The position numbers and the translations under genes were made by a program. Shown in pieces: positions 1 to 12,527 of a DNA stretch of 64,000 nucleotides. This DNA is from Chara braunii. Taxonomy: Eukaryota; Plantae; Charophyceae. How positions within the stretch are numbered: position 1 is the first letter of the stretch; the number at the start of each line of letters is the position of its first letter. Location of the stretch: positions 806,746 through 870,745 of the forward strand of contig BFEA01000007.1 in assembly GCA_003427395.1 (NCBI GenBank), read 5' to 3'. Under the pieces are notes generated by a model, which was not told where the DNA came from, ran no database searches, and saw nothing but the letters and a program-made list of their open reading frames with translations.

Positions 1-36
1 CATAATCGAGTGTGGGTTAAGGGGAGGGTGGGGGAG

Positions 37-74
37 CTGTCTCTTATACACATCTAGATGTGTATAAGAGACAG
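37..74. other. Nextera mate-pair junction adapter (assembly artefact)
   Basis: Exact CTGTCTCTTATACACATCT+AGATGTGTATAAGAGACAG (two inverted Tn5 mosaic ends); bases 1-36 are identical to 20379-20414. Confidence 0.97.
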
Positions 75-430
75 GAGAGAGAGAGAGAGAGAGAGAGAGA
101 ATTCTTTGAGTAGCGACAAGGGCGTTGACGGTTGCGTTGCTAAAAGGCCTTCGCCCGGCGAGGTGGCATTCGGAGATAGATGAGTATGAGTTAACCGTTG
201 GAGTTCTGTATTTGTTGTTGAGTTATATGGACACGATCCAGGCATGGTGCGCTTGGTTCGTTGGGTGGTTCACGGCTGCACTGCGCTGGGTGAGACTTTG
301 TGGCTCTTCTGCGTTCGAACCCTTCGCCTTCCGCGGTCATTAACTGCCGGCCACGTCAACATTTCTTGAGAATTCCTCTTCCCTCCCCTCCCTTACTCCG
401 CCTCCCTTCTCCTCCTCCTTTCTGCTCCTC

Positions 431-434
<4 letters not shown>

Positions 435-488
<54 letters not shown>
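435..488. repeat. (CT)n microsatellite
   Basis: Perfect dinucleotide run; a shorter (GA)n run lies at ~75-98. Confidence 0.95.
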
Positions 489-492
<4 letters not shown>

Positions 493-597
493 CTTTTTGG
501 GTTGGATGTTCTGAATTCTTTTCCCTTGCATGTCACACGTGGTTCTACCTCTAGCTTGTTATATGTTTATATCTCTTTTGTGATGGTTTATTATTGA

Positions 598-682
598 AAA
601 TCCACGTCCTCCCCTCCCCTTCTACCTCAAGTAGTCTCTAAATCCACGTCCTCCCCTCCCCTTCTACCTCAAGTAGTCTCTA
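598..682. repeat. 42-bp tandem duplication
   Basis: AAATCCACGTCCTCCCCTCCCCTTCTACCTCAAGTAGTCTCT at 598 and 640. Confidence 0.9.
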
Positions 683-1140
683 TATGCCTCCTCGTCTCCC
701 TCCCCTCTACAATAGCTTCGTAGCTTTATCTCATTGGCTGTGTAAACGGCATGGCAGTGGGAGTTTGACCATACTCAGACTCGGACTTCCTGAACGTATC
801 TGACCGAATTTATAGCCTGATTCATCCGAGAAGGTCCTTAGGGCCTCGCTCCTCTACTCACGGCATGCACAACAGACAAAATATGGCGGTGTACGTGTCC
901 CATTTTGCACAGTTGGTGAGTGGTGGAGCGAGGCCCTTAGCTCGGTATGGACTTGTAGTCTTACTTCATCGAGGGCACGGCGACCATACGCAGACTCGGA
1001 CGGACTTTCTGAGTGTATGTGACCTAAATCGGCGGCCCGATTCATTGGAAATGGTTCTTGTGGAAGCACGCCCCCTCATCTAGGGACGGATAACAGTTGT
1101 GGTAGGCGAAGAAAAGGCCCGCAACCTCTGCGTTCTCTCT

Positions 1141-1328
1141 CTTTTTTTTTTTTTTTTTTTAATAGAAAAACCTCAGCGCCCCTTCTATTCGGGGAGGCGT
1201 CAGTCCGGTTGCTTTTCACAGGCAAGCATGCTATACACAAGGTCAGTGGAGAGAAAAGATAAGAAAGGGGGGCCATCGTAGCCCTTGCGGCACTAGACAC
1301 CTAAACAAGCAGTTCCTCAACCTTAATC
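1141..1328 (-). mobile_element. Short LINE/SINE 3' end with poly(A) tail
   Basis: T-run 1142-1160 (poly(A) on minus strand) followed by ~170 bp of UTR-like sequence with a small hairpin; next T-runs at 1329-1366. Confidence 0.45.
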
Positions 1329-2056
1329 TTTTTTTTTTTTGTTTTCGCCGTTCTTTTTTTTTTTTTNNNNNNNNNNNNNNNNNNNNNNNNNNNNNNNNNN
1401 NNNNNNNNNNNNNNNNNNNNNNNNNNNNNNNNNNNNNNNNNNNNNNNNNNNNNNNNNNNNNNNNNNNNNNNNNNNNNNNNNNNNNNNNNNNNNNNNNNNN
1501 NNNNNNNNNNNNNNNNNNNNNNNNNNNNNNNNNNNNNNNNNNNNNNNNNNNNNNNNNNNNNNNNNNNNNNNNNNNNNNNNNNNNNNNNNNNNNNNNNNNN
1601 NNNNNNNNNNNNNNNNNNNNNNNNNNNNNNNNNNNNNNNNNNNNNNNNNNNNNNNNNNNNNNNNNNNNNNNNNNNNNNNNNNNNNNNNNNNNNNNNNNNN
1701 NNNNNNNNNNNNNNNNNNNNNNNNNNNNNNNNNNNNNNNNNNNNNNNNNNNNNNNNNNNNNNNNNNNNNNNNNNNNNNNNNNNNNNNNNNNNNNNNNNNN
1801 NNNNNNNNNNNNNNNNNNNNNNNNNNNNNNNNNNNNNNNNNNNNNNNNNNNNNNNNNNNNNNNNNNNNNNNNNNNNNNNNNNNNNNNNNNNNNNNNNNNN
1901 NNNNNNNNNNNNNNNNNNNNNNNNNNNNNNNNNNNNNNNNNNNNNNNNNNNNNNNNNNNNNNNNNNNNNNNNNNNNNNNNNNNNNNNNNNNNNNNNNNNN
2001 NNNNNNNNNNNNNNNNNNNNNNNNNNNNNNNNNNNNNNNNNNNNNNNNNNNNNNNN

Positions 2057-4751
2057 CCCGGGCAACTTGCCCGACATATCCCCATCCAGACGAAAAGTTT
2101 GTTACAGTCGGGATGATTCCGGTTTCAATCCAAGAGTCCGTCCATTGAAAAGCGTTTGAGGAAAAGGCTGTCCAATGTTTTCGCCACCATTGCCATATTT
2201 TCAAGGAGAAGGGACATTGAATCCAGATGTGTGAAGTCGTCTCCCAGGCCCATTGACACCTACTGCAGGCTCGGGGGACTTCCATTTGTTTAGCTAATAA
2301 CCATTCTGCAGATGGGATCACGTCTAACGATTGAAGCCAGAGAAGACTGGCTATCCTTTGTTCCGGGACCTTCTTGAGTTGTTTCCATAGACACGTTAAT
2401 CTCTCCTCGGTCATAGACTGTGGATGTCTATCCGCCCATCTTGTGATTGCTGTGCTGGTTGGCTTCTTTTGAGCAAGATCCCTTTGTATTGCTGCTCCTA
2501 TTTTGGGTTTGTATTGTGCTAAAGGCTGGAATCTCTCTTTCCTGCCTTGCAGGTTCCAGCCTTGGAGGAATGGTTCTACAACATAAGTATCTGCTTCTCT
2601 GCCCATTTTGCACTGTTCATTACCCTTTGAATCAAATCGGGCCCAGACTCTGATTTCCACAACTTCTTCCCATTCTGGCCCTTCAACTATCCTAGTTTCT
2701 TCCCCAAATTTCAGCGGTTGGTCTTTGGAACCGTCTCCTGCGTGAATGGGGGCTTTTTGTAACGAGCTTTTCCATGTTGCTGGTAGGGCTGTCAAAAGTT
2801 TATTAAGGTTACTGGTAATGTTGTGCAACCTTGGTAGTTTTGTTCGCAGATTCTCTGACGTAATCCAGTCTTCCTTCTCCGGATCCCATAAGTCTCTAAC
2901 TTGGATAATTCCTTTGGTTATCCATGTCCTACCGAAACTGCCTTTGGACTCATTGGCTGGAAATGGGAGGCCGTCATCTTGGAGGATGCTTGGATTCTCA
3001 AACAGTGGTTGCAAAAGGATTTCTGATTTGGTGGTTGGGGGTTCACAAGTTGTCGGGCGAATCCTGCTCCATGCGGCCAACATATTTCTCCACAGTCTGC
3101 TTTTGGGTCTTTTCCTGGCAAAAGAGGGGATGTCTATGCATCTCCATACATCTCTTGGTTTAGCTAAGTCCCATTCTGTGCTCAGGATATACTCAGCAAA
3201 TCTCTTCCATAGATAGCTCTGATCATCTAGCATTGCTTTGGCCGGCCATTTAGCTAATAAAGCTTTGTTTTGTACTGCCGGGTCTAGGATCCCTAGACCC
3301 CCTTGGTCCCTTTTTGCTGAGAGCATTTCCCAGGCTACTTTTGGTAGAAAGCCACGATCCTGCTCGACTTTTGGTTTCCATAGGTATTTTGCTGCTGACT
3401 TCCTTATGGCTTTGTATGCGACTGCTCCCAGCATGTGAATGGTACAAGGGAAAGACAGGATGGAGAATGCTGCAGATGATAGGACAAGTGCTCTTCCAAA
3501 TAGTGAGAGCGAATATGATTTTTCCCAGTTTGTGATGCGTGAGATTACTTTGGTTGAGAGGAGAAGGTCTTGGGTAGCAGATGCATCCAAGAGTGAAACT
3601 TGGAACCCGAGGAGGCGTTCGGAGCTTTGGACAGGCACTTGCTGCATACCCCAGTCTGCCTCTAGATGGAACAGTTCTGGAAGCAAAAATGTGGATTTGT
3701 TCCAGTTGATGGAGGCTTCTGAGAGGTGGCAACAGTTCTCTATTACTTTGTGAAGTTCGTCTAGGGATTCTTTTGTGTTCGTGCAGCAAACTGTGAGATC
3801 GTCCGCAATGGCACTGCATTTCAATTGTAATGTTGGGGTGAGCTTGAGACCCACGATGGTCTCATTATGTCGAATGTTGTCAAGAAACACTTCTAGCTGA
3901 ATTGCAAACAATAGGGGGGCGAGTGGGCATCTTTGTCTTAGGGAACGCATCAGCGAGAAACTCGGTGAAAGTTTTCCATTTACATTGACTACCGCTGTAG
4001 CTTTGGAGTACATTGCTTGTACCCATTTGTAGAAGGACGTTCCAAAGTTCATGTGTTTGAGAGTCGTGGCCACAAAAGCCCACCCTACTTTGTCGTAGGC
4101 TTTTTCTAGGTCCAATAGGATAACTGCTACTTCTCTCTTTTCGGTGCTTATAATTTCTAGTGCTTGCATAGTAGTCAGAATATTTTCGAAAATGGAGCAT
4201 CCTCTCACGAACGCCCCTTGTTCGCTGCCGATTAACTGTGGTAAGTGTCTGGCCAGTCTCAAGGCTAGAGCTTTTGCCAGAATTTTGTACGCGACGTTTA
4301 GAAGGGAGATCGGACGCCAGTTACGAACGTCCCTCTTGTCTCCCTTCTTGTATAACAAAGTGATAATACCTTTCACCCATCCTGTGGGTAGGTCTTTCTC
4401 TTCTAGAAGTCCATTGTATATTTGTAGGAGGAATGGGCCCATTACGTCCCAGGTAGCTATGAACATCTCCACCGGAAGACCATCTGGGCCCGGGCATTTC
4501 CCGAGCGCCATTTGTCCTGCTGCAAATCTGAGTTCGACTAGAGTGAGGGGTCTGTCCAGATCTAGCCTAGAATGTGAGTGGAGGCTTATCTTTGAGTGAT
4601 TCCAGAATTCTGAATTTATTGACAGATTTGTTTCTAAGTTGTCGTTTGGTCTTCTTGAGGTAAGGATATCTTTAAAGTAATCCGCCGCGTGTGAACACAT
4701 GTCCACCATGGTTGTGGCAGTTGGGATTTGGGAGCTGAATGGGTGTGTCAA
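2057..4751 (-). mobile_element. 5'-truncated L1/Tx1-type LINE, ORF2 (RT + zf-RVT), open to the gap
   Basis: CPGPDGLP...KKGDKRDVRNWRPISLLN...DLEKAYD...LRQRCPLAP...IADD; C-terminal CSRC...HIWIQC. 3' end falls in gap 1367-2056, with a T-tail at ~1354-1366. Confidence 0.95.
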
Positions 4752-4929
4752 TTTTCCAGGTGTCGAACACAGAAGAAGGTAAGGCCGAGTTCGCCGTTTA
4801 TGAGTTGGAGGAAGTGCAGAAATCTTGGGTAAAACCAGTTAGGATAATAGAGCCAAGGTCAACACAAAATCTCAATACTCTCAAAAGAGTGCGATCATGC
4901 ACACCCAAGATCCGCCATAAACAGAACCC

Positions 4930-7204
4930 ATGCATCCAACCAGATCCAAAGCCTAGGGTGCAGCGTGGCATCTATCGCTCTATGGGAGGGCCTTAGCTAT
5001 TAATGTAGCTTTGTTCTCGCTCATTTGGTTTATGGGGGCAGTCAGAGAGTTGGCGTCTGTAGTGGTGAGACAGATCAGGCGACTGGCCACGAAGTTCCTG
5101 TGGAAACCACGAGCTGCAGCAGAAGAGGGGTTCATGGTTAAGGTCGCATGGGATCTGATTACATTCCCCAAGGAGCTGGGAGGCCTGGGTCTGATGGACC
5201 TCCAGCGGAAGAATCAAGCACAACTAAGGAAATGGCTAGCAGAAGTAGCGATGGCGGAAGAAAAGGACTGGATCCTACTGGCGGAGAAAATACGAATGCG
5301 GGAATGGCAATTGTGCAGAGCAGAGGATGTTTGGCTGTGTTTTTTTGTGAATTCGTTTGCAAAGAAGAGGCTGTGTTCGGAGTTCTGGGATGCGGTACGG
5401 AGGGCCTGGCTCCAACATCCGCCAGAAGTACCGACTTCCCCATTGACAAGAGAGGAAGTCCTCCGACAGGGCTTGTTTGAAAATCAGTTCATTCGGGAGG
5501 AGAATGGATCCCTCCTATTAGCAGATTCCTCACCAGGCTCATTTGGGAAGGCATGGATCCGGAGGGGTGTGACCAGAATCGCAGATCTCTGGTCAGAACT
5601 GCTGGGTACTTGGAAACCCTTCAGCCAGGTCCACCTGGTACTTCAGGGCCTTTGGCATACGGATGAGCACTGGAAGAGAGTACTAAAGGCCATCCCAGAA
5701 GATTGGAAAGAGATTCTGGGACCAGAGAGGACCGACCCAGTAGGCACTTGGTATGTCCCCCCACAGACAGACAGAAGGGAGGAGCTGTGGGAACTGCAGC
5801 GATTGACTGATAGCGGGTTCAGGGAGATCCGCAAGTGGTCGGTATCAAAACAGTCGGCATATCTAATACCGACAGAGGTGGAAACAATTAGACAGTGGTC
5901 TAATCCACCGCAGGCAAGAGTGATCCATAAACTGGATCGGAGAGGGAGACGGCTTTCCTCCATCTGGGTAGGGAAGGTCCCGCTCCGTGAACTGGCTATC
6001 GATCCGATAGCATGGAGTTGGAGGGGAGGCTTGCCTACAATCCAGCGCGGGCGGGGGCTAGACCTCTCAAATTTTTCGGTAGGAGATTCCTACAGGTTAG
6101 CGGAGCAGAGAGGGAGATCCCCAGCAGCAGTGGCGATAGCCAGGTGGAGTTCAGTTTTGATTGAGGATCTACAAGGGAAAGAAGACGAATTTAGGGCTCT
6201 GTGGAGGGTTCCGCTTACCCTGCCAGATCTGAAGCAAGCAAGCCTGTTATGGATGATATCTCTGCTTGTTACCCCCTCTGCTGTTTGGTTATGCAGCAGG
6301 GGAATGGAAATGTCCCTGAAGTGTACACGCTGTTCTTGGCCGTTTGAGTCCACCAAACATCTTTGGTGGGACTGTCCGGCATCGAGGAGGATTTGGAGGT
6401 GGTGGGAGGACCATTGGAGAAGGATAGGAGGGGAAAGGATTGACTGGGATGAAAGGTGGGTTCTGTTAGGTTTTGTAGGGGGGGATCAGACAGGGCTGAA
6501 AGGGTGGGCTTACGTGGCTCAGGTAGTCAGGTCAGTGATCTGCTCTGTCATATGGGCAGATAGGAACAGATCCAGGTTCGAGCAGCGTCCCTACTCGGAT
6601 GGAGAGATCAAGGTTGGTATCAAACGGGGTCTGAGGAGGGCGATCCAGGCAGATTGGCGCAGAAAAGCCAACTGTGGAAAAGGACCAAGGAAGAAACTCT
6701 GGTGGTTCTTAAGATCCTGGGCAAAAGGTAACCAATTGGCTGGTGTGCACTCAGCCAGAGGTCTGGTGATTTCGAAGTGGCTGAACTCTGAGTAGTCTAG
6801 GGAGCTTTAGTAGAGTAGATAACTTTAGATAGGAGGGTGGATTGGAGGTTAGGTGACCAGGGTACTCGGTCGGTAGGGAGGAGGCTAGAGAGTACCAGTG
6901 TCCTAACCAGCTCACTCGGTTGGTAGGGCCGCTGTGGGCCAGGCAGAAGAGTGATAAGGAACAAGGAACAAAGCTCCACCTGGCCGGCTAGACTTGAGGG
7001 ACAGTTTCAGAGGTTTGCATTGATTTGGAAAGCTGAAGTAATTCGGGTCCTTAGTTCTGCTAAGGCCGTAAGCGAAACTGGCTGATGCTGCCAGGATAAT
7101 CCCGGGTGGAATTGTGAGGTCCCCAGCCTCCTGCTAAATTCCTTGAATATATTCAATGGTGGCGTTTTCGTTATTGAAAAAGAAAAAAAGAAAAAAGAAA
7201 AAAA
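4930..7204 (+). mobile_element. 5'-truncated L1/Tx1-type LINE (ORF2 C-terminal half, 3' UTR, A-rich tail)
   Basis: ORF 5011-6795 (frame extends upstream to LSLYGRAL) is homologous to the post-RT half of the 2057-4751 ORF (KFLWKP, KVAWD, GGLG, LFEN, GSFGKAWI, CTRC...HLWWDC); A-rich tail 7177-7204. Confidence 0.93.
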
Positions 7205-7268
7205 GCGCTAATGGGTCCTAGCCCGGCCCCTGACATCCACTCGTTGACGAACGGATAAGAGATCAAAC

Positions 7269-7580
7269 CTTTTTTTTCTTTTTTTGGGGGGGAAATAAAA
7301 GATCAATTCTGCATCATCTTTCTTTTATTTTTTTAAATCTGCATTATCTTTAGAACAACTGTATATTTTGTTCTCTCCATTCCATCCAGGTGACCTTCTC
7401 CTCCGGAATTGCTTTGCAGATGCATGTTTGGGGGGCATACTGGCACTAGGGCTTTTTTGTACAACGCTCTGGACGTGATGGCAGTCAGATTCATCCAGGT
7501 CTGCCCGTAACCGCAGTCAGATGCGTTTTGGAAAGTGCTAACTGTGCCTGTGCCCTTTGCGCGGGTCAAAGTGCAAGTCA
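7269..7580 (-). mobile_element. Probable short retroposon 3' fragments
   Basis: Two T-rich tails (7269-7285, 7318-7334) followed by UTR-like sequence; no coding evidence. Confidence 0.3.
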
Positions 7581-7644
7581 AACAGGAGAAGAAAAATAAA
7601 AAGGGGGCTTAAAAAAAAAGGAAGCGGGTTGAGAATGCAGAGGT

Positions 7645-8143
7645 ATCCAGCGGCCTAGCTCAGTTGGTAAGGCACACAAGTGGCATTCAGGAGGTCTTAG
7701 GTTCAATCCCCATTGGCCTCATGCAACTTCCTGGGCAAGCTTGGCGCCCGCCAACGGCAACGCCACCTAGAGATATGCCGTTGGTCCCCCCGAGTGGCAT
7801 TGAGCAGAGACTGCTGATCTTCATAGGGGGAGGGGACCGGAGGGGAGGCACAGTGACTCGCCCATCAAAGAAGCTAATGTAGGTCCTGATGCTACGGGCT
7901 GTCCTGATGCTACGGGCTGACCCCTGGCCGATATCGCCCACCTGCTGTAGCAGGTATCGCACCTGCTGGTGGGTGAAGCTCCCGCATGTTCCCTCGTTGG
8001 AGGCTTTGTGCACGGATGTGGCTTTGCCCGTAATACTATAATGACAACAAAAAAGGCCTGAAAGGCCGTCCTGTCCAGATTCGACAGGCAATTGAATTGG
8101 TTGGGCTTAAAGAATTAGCCTCTCTATTTTTCAAAAAAAAAAA
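7645..8143 (+). mobile_element. tRNA-derived SINE, full length (~500 bp)
   Basis: tRNA-like head with A box TAGCTCAGTTGG (7656-7667) and B box GGTTCAATCCC (7700-7710); poly(A) 8133-8143; 13-bp TSD AGAATGCAGAGGT at 7632-7644 and 8144-8156. Confidence 0.92.
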
Positions 8144-9252
8144 AGAATGCAGAGGTTGAATCTAGAACGGCAAAAAAGTCCTTCGGGACATCCGTTAAAA
8201 TTGGAACGCAAACCATGCCTATCCTTGCCAGACCCTCATCCGGACACAGCGATATTCACACTGAGCAGAGCTCCGGTTAGCTCAGAACGATTTGAGACGA
8301 ACTTCCAGGTCTCCACCACTCAAGACAGGAAGACAGCTCCAACAGCGGTCGGACTCAAGGACAAGGTACATCTGCTCGGCAGTACAGCTGCCCGATTTCT
8401 ATCCTAGAAGGGGAAGTCGACGTAAATGGTGGAACGGGGAACGGACCGCCTTTTGAGAAGTGTGTCAGATCCTGTAGTGAAATTGGTAGGATAGTAGTCG
8501 CACAAGGATCTCCGAGGAGACAGGCGTCAGGCTGTGAGTAGAGAAGAGAAGGCTCCAAGCTACGGGGCGGACGATAGGCGAGTTGAGGCACTCCAATTCG
8601 ATAGTTGTTATCTTGCATCTCAGCTTACCAGTTTACAGACGCCACGCAAGTGAGAGACCAGGGACGGTGAAACAGATAGGGAAAATCTAGTTCACACCAA
8701 TTGCGGAACTCAACGGACAGTAGAACGCAGGATAATTGTCAAGTAAACTGAAGGGATACGCGGTAAAGACAGGATAAGTGCAAACGGAGATAGGATAGAT
8801 TACGAATTATTCGAGAATTCCAACGGGGAGCGTAGTATTAGAAACTGTCGATTCAGGCGGGTTAAGAGTTAAGATAGCTCTCAGCCAAGCTTCGGGATCG
8901 AGGAGTGGATCCAAGCAGCATCACGGACTACGGTTGCTCACAGCGCCGACGTATATCTGTTCCTTCATCGGCTTCGTACAGACCGAGGCACACCAGGTGG
9001 ATACTCCAAGACGAGACGACCGCCACGCAGCAAGGAGCAGGGCACATTCCACGAAGCGCGTTAACGCCATCTACAAGCAAGCGGTTTCCAGAACTGTCCA
9101 GCTCAGGTAATTCGCCGATAACCGAGGATATCGCCCAGGAGAAATCATACTATAACTCCAATCTATCTACTTGCTCGATACATGCTGTTCTGTATCTAGC
9201 CAGGGACATTGTCATAGGTCAGTCTCGTGAGTAATTCCGTACTCCTCAATGA

Positions 9253-11697
9253 ATGGAGGGTAACCATCAGAATGGGGTAGGCCACACAGGTCACAGGGGC
9301 CGGCCAGAAGAATTCTCGGATGAAGAAAGAGATCGACTGTGGAAGGTATTCGATGATTGCTACAGACAGAGGATCCTTCCTTCAGGTCTTTGCACTCCAC
9401 AATTCACACGAGTGATAAGAGAACCTGACAGGGTTAGAATTAAGATTGACCCGAGAATTTACGAAGTGCAAACACAGTGGCTTCATGAACATGTGGTAAT
9501 GGTTTTCTTTGGTCAGGCCGCAGTGTCCCTTCCGACAGACATCAAACGCAGGGTGATCCGGCGGTATGAGAATGGATGGATTGGCATGCCGATGCTGGGA
9601 GACGAGCCGAAAAGGGGATTTTTTAGAAATGAGGGTAAGAATCTCTTATCGTACGTTGCATGCAATAGGGAAGTTGCTCAATGGATGCTTAGAATGGAAA
9701 GTGATGGAGTGGAACTGGATGGAAATCAGTATGATGTGTACTTTAAGCCCTGGATATCGGAACGGGAAATCCAGGAATGGAGGGAAAAGTTAAAGATTGA
9801 TTCATTCTGGGTTCGGTGCCTGCGGATTCCCATCGCTGTGTTACCAGTTCTCAAGGATGCGGTTGAATTAGCCTTTGGTAAAGTAATCAAGGAAAGTTCA
9901 GTAACAAAGAAACCAGAGGAGCCAGAATTGGCCAGCGTCAGGTTCAACCTGGAACCTGGATCCAAGGATCGATACGCCAGATACCTTTCTATCGACCTCC
10001 CGAACAATGGAGGAATGGTAGAAATCGAGGTTGCAGCCCCAGACACCCCTTGGTGTCCGGAATGCAAAGGATTCTTTCACAACGAGTATGATGAGGAATG
10101 CCCGGCACGGAACTGCGTGGATATGGACACAATGGGCGTTCACAAGTATGGAGAGCCCAGACCCCACCGGCCACCCCACCATCTCCACCCCCACCCCCTC
10201 CTCCTCCTCCCCCCCCTCCCGCTGGTGGAGATCGTCCCGGAGCCAGTGGTGGACAAGGCAATCCAAACCAGCAGGGAAGGACGAGCAGGATAACGGGTGG
10301 GAATGAGGGTGGGGAGAGGAGAGGGAACCCCGGGCCAACGCCTTCCACATCAAGACACACTTGGTGGGGCAAGGAGGGGTACCAGGGGCTCCTTCTCACC
10401 ATCTTCTTTTTCAGGCTGCAATAAGCATCAAGAAGAAGAAGTGGAAAGAACCTATGACACATCACACTGGATGAGCGGACAGGAAAAAAGACTGACTGGA
10501 CCCTCGGATCTGGACTCAGAAGCCTCGGAGTGGAATCACAGCAGAAATTCCCTGGATCCAAAGCATAGCAACCTGAGCCTGTATCCTTCCTCTCACTTTA
10601 ATGCAATCTTTTCGGGAGAAAGACGTTCTCTCGCCCCTTTCGAAGATTGGCAAGACGTAGACAGGTCTAGATGGTCCGACAACTCAATGCAGCAAAGGGA
10701 AATCAGGATAAGTAACCTAAGTCAGAACAGACAGCAGGATCAACCGCTCAGAATTACTGCTGGATCGGAAACTGAACCAGGCTCATCACGGCCAAACGGG
10801 TCCAAAGACTCATCGGAAATCACTCCGGATCACTCACCCAGAAGCCAGCAGATCCAAAGCCCGGTGTCCTTGCACAAGAAAGCCAGAACCAGTGAGACTG
10901 GGACAGGTAGAGACCATGACAGTCAGGACCCTCACTCCAACAGAATGACCCGCCCGGCCTCTTCTGGCCTTCAGAGACAGTCACAAAAAGCCAAAGAACC
11001 ACTCAAAAACGGGAGAAGCTTGAAAATTCCTGCCCTCTCTTCTGCCAAGCCAATGAAGAGCCTGTCCAGAAAGGACAAAGGGATTCCGGAACAATTTCTA
11101 GTCCCACTGATATGTGTCTCATCAGACAAGGGACCTTTGGTGCTCACCTTCACACAGCCCTCCGGATCGTTGAGCTTGCCAGTTTCCAGGTTGGTTGGCC
11201 ACCCCACAGATCTCTCTATTTTAGGGGCGGTAAGGAAAATAATTAATGTTATTGGACAAGTCCGTATCCTGCCCGAACCTAAGATGGGGAGACAGGTTGT
11301 GGACACAGCTGGGGGGGAAAAGATTGTGCTCTTCACTGTGTTCATGCACATACACATTTCAGATGAACTAAGAGAGAGCTTCCAAGCCAAGTTCCCATTT
11401 TGGGTGGCTATGTCTGAATTCGCAGATCTGAACAGTAAGACTTTGAAGTCTATCCAGCTGGTTGAAGGGCTCTCGGCCGGGGTAATCGCTGAGTGGATCA
11501 GCCAAACTGCTCTGATAGAATTCGTTCTCTCAGAGCAGTTTGGAGCTCAGTTGAAGAGTCCGTGGACTCTCACTGAGCTCCCCACCCCACCAGAAGAGGA
11601 AGACATGAGACGAAAGAATCCGGTTGATCAGTCTCGTCGTATCCAGCAACACGGCGGTTCGGGAAGACCCCCCAATGGTCTTGCCAGACCGCATTAG
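9253..11697 (+). pseudogene. LINE ORF1 (two apparent frameshifts): DUF4283/RRM-like region, CX2CX4HX6C knuckle, polyproline/disordered linker, C-terminal globular domain
   Basis: ORFs 9253-10293, 10098-10424, 10297-11697; FWVRCLRIP...AFGKVI; CPECKGFFHNEYDEEC; directly upstream of an APE endonuclease ORF. Confidence 0.8.
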
Positions 11698-12527
11698 AAT
11701 TGCGTGTTGGAACGTGCGAGGCCTTGGAGATACCTCCAAAAAACACCATAACAGCAGAATTGCTAATTGGTGCCGCTCACAAAAAGCACATATCCTTTGT
11801 GTTCAAGAGTCCAAACTGGATCAAAATAAAATCGCACACCCTCAACGCTGGTGGAAAGGCCCTCAGTTCTGGGCTCCGGCAGAGGGCACCAAAGGCGGAA
11901 CGGGAATACTGTTCCATGAGAATCTGGACGTCGACATAATAGATAATTTTGCGGACCCGCAAGGTCGATTTGTATGGGTTAAGTTTACAGCAGGTCAAGA
12001 AGATTGGNCGGTCATGTCAGTGTATGCCCCAGTGATATACCNAGAGCGCACCACATTCTTTGAGAATCTNCCAGCCTACATACCAGACACAGAAAATCTG
12101 CTGATAGCAGCAGATTGGAATACGATCTTGCTACCTGGTCTTGATTCTCCAGATGTGACCGCCACCAGAAGGGACACTAACACACTGCTAGAATTTATGA
12201 CAACGCTGGACTTCACAGATATCTATCGGACCATGAACCCGGATAACCCGGGTTTCACATGGTTCGGCCCTCGGACATCAACATCCAGGATAGGTCCAAG
12301 AAGAAGAGACTTCTTTTTGACCAGAGGATCATTCTGTGAAAGAAGCATAAGCACGGAAGCCCATGTGACGGATATCTCGGATCATTACCCGCTACCAGCC
12401 GAGTTCATTGTCAACCCCGACATAGACAGACAGAAAAGGCCGCTTCAGACTGAACGTCACGCACCTGAAGGACCCAGGGATTTTTGAGTGGATCAAGAAA
12501 CACATGAATAGATGGCAGGACTCGAAG
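11675..12527 (+). pseudogene. LINE ORF2 N-terminal APE-type endonuclease, 3'-truncated
   Basis: WNVRGL, LCVQESKL, GGTGILF, SVYAP, ADWN, GFTW, RRDFFL, SDHYPL; ATG 11675 overlaps the end of ORF1. Confidence 0.93.

Noticed and set aside
37-74. Tn5/IS50 transposon ends
   Set aside because: Exact synthetic Nextera mosaic-end junction; no transposase
2057-7204. Single LINE with twin-priming 5' inversion
   Set aside because: Both halves encode the same post-RT region with substantial divergence, so they are separate elements
7645-7722. Functional tRNA gene
   Set aside because: Acceptor and anticodon stems do not pair well; it is followed by a body, poly(A) and TSD, so it is a SINE head
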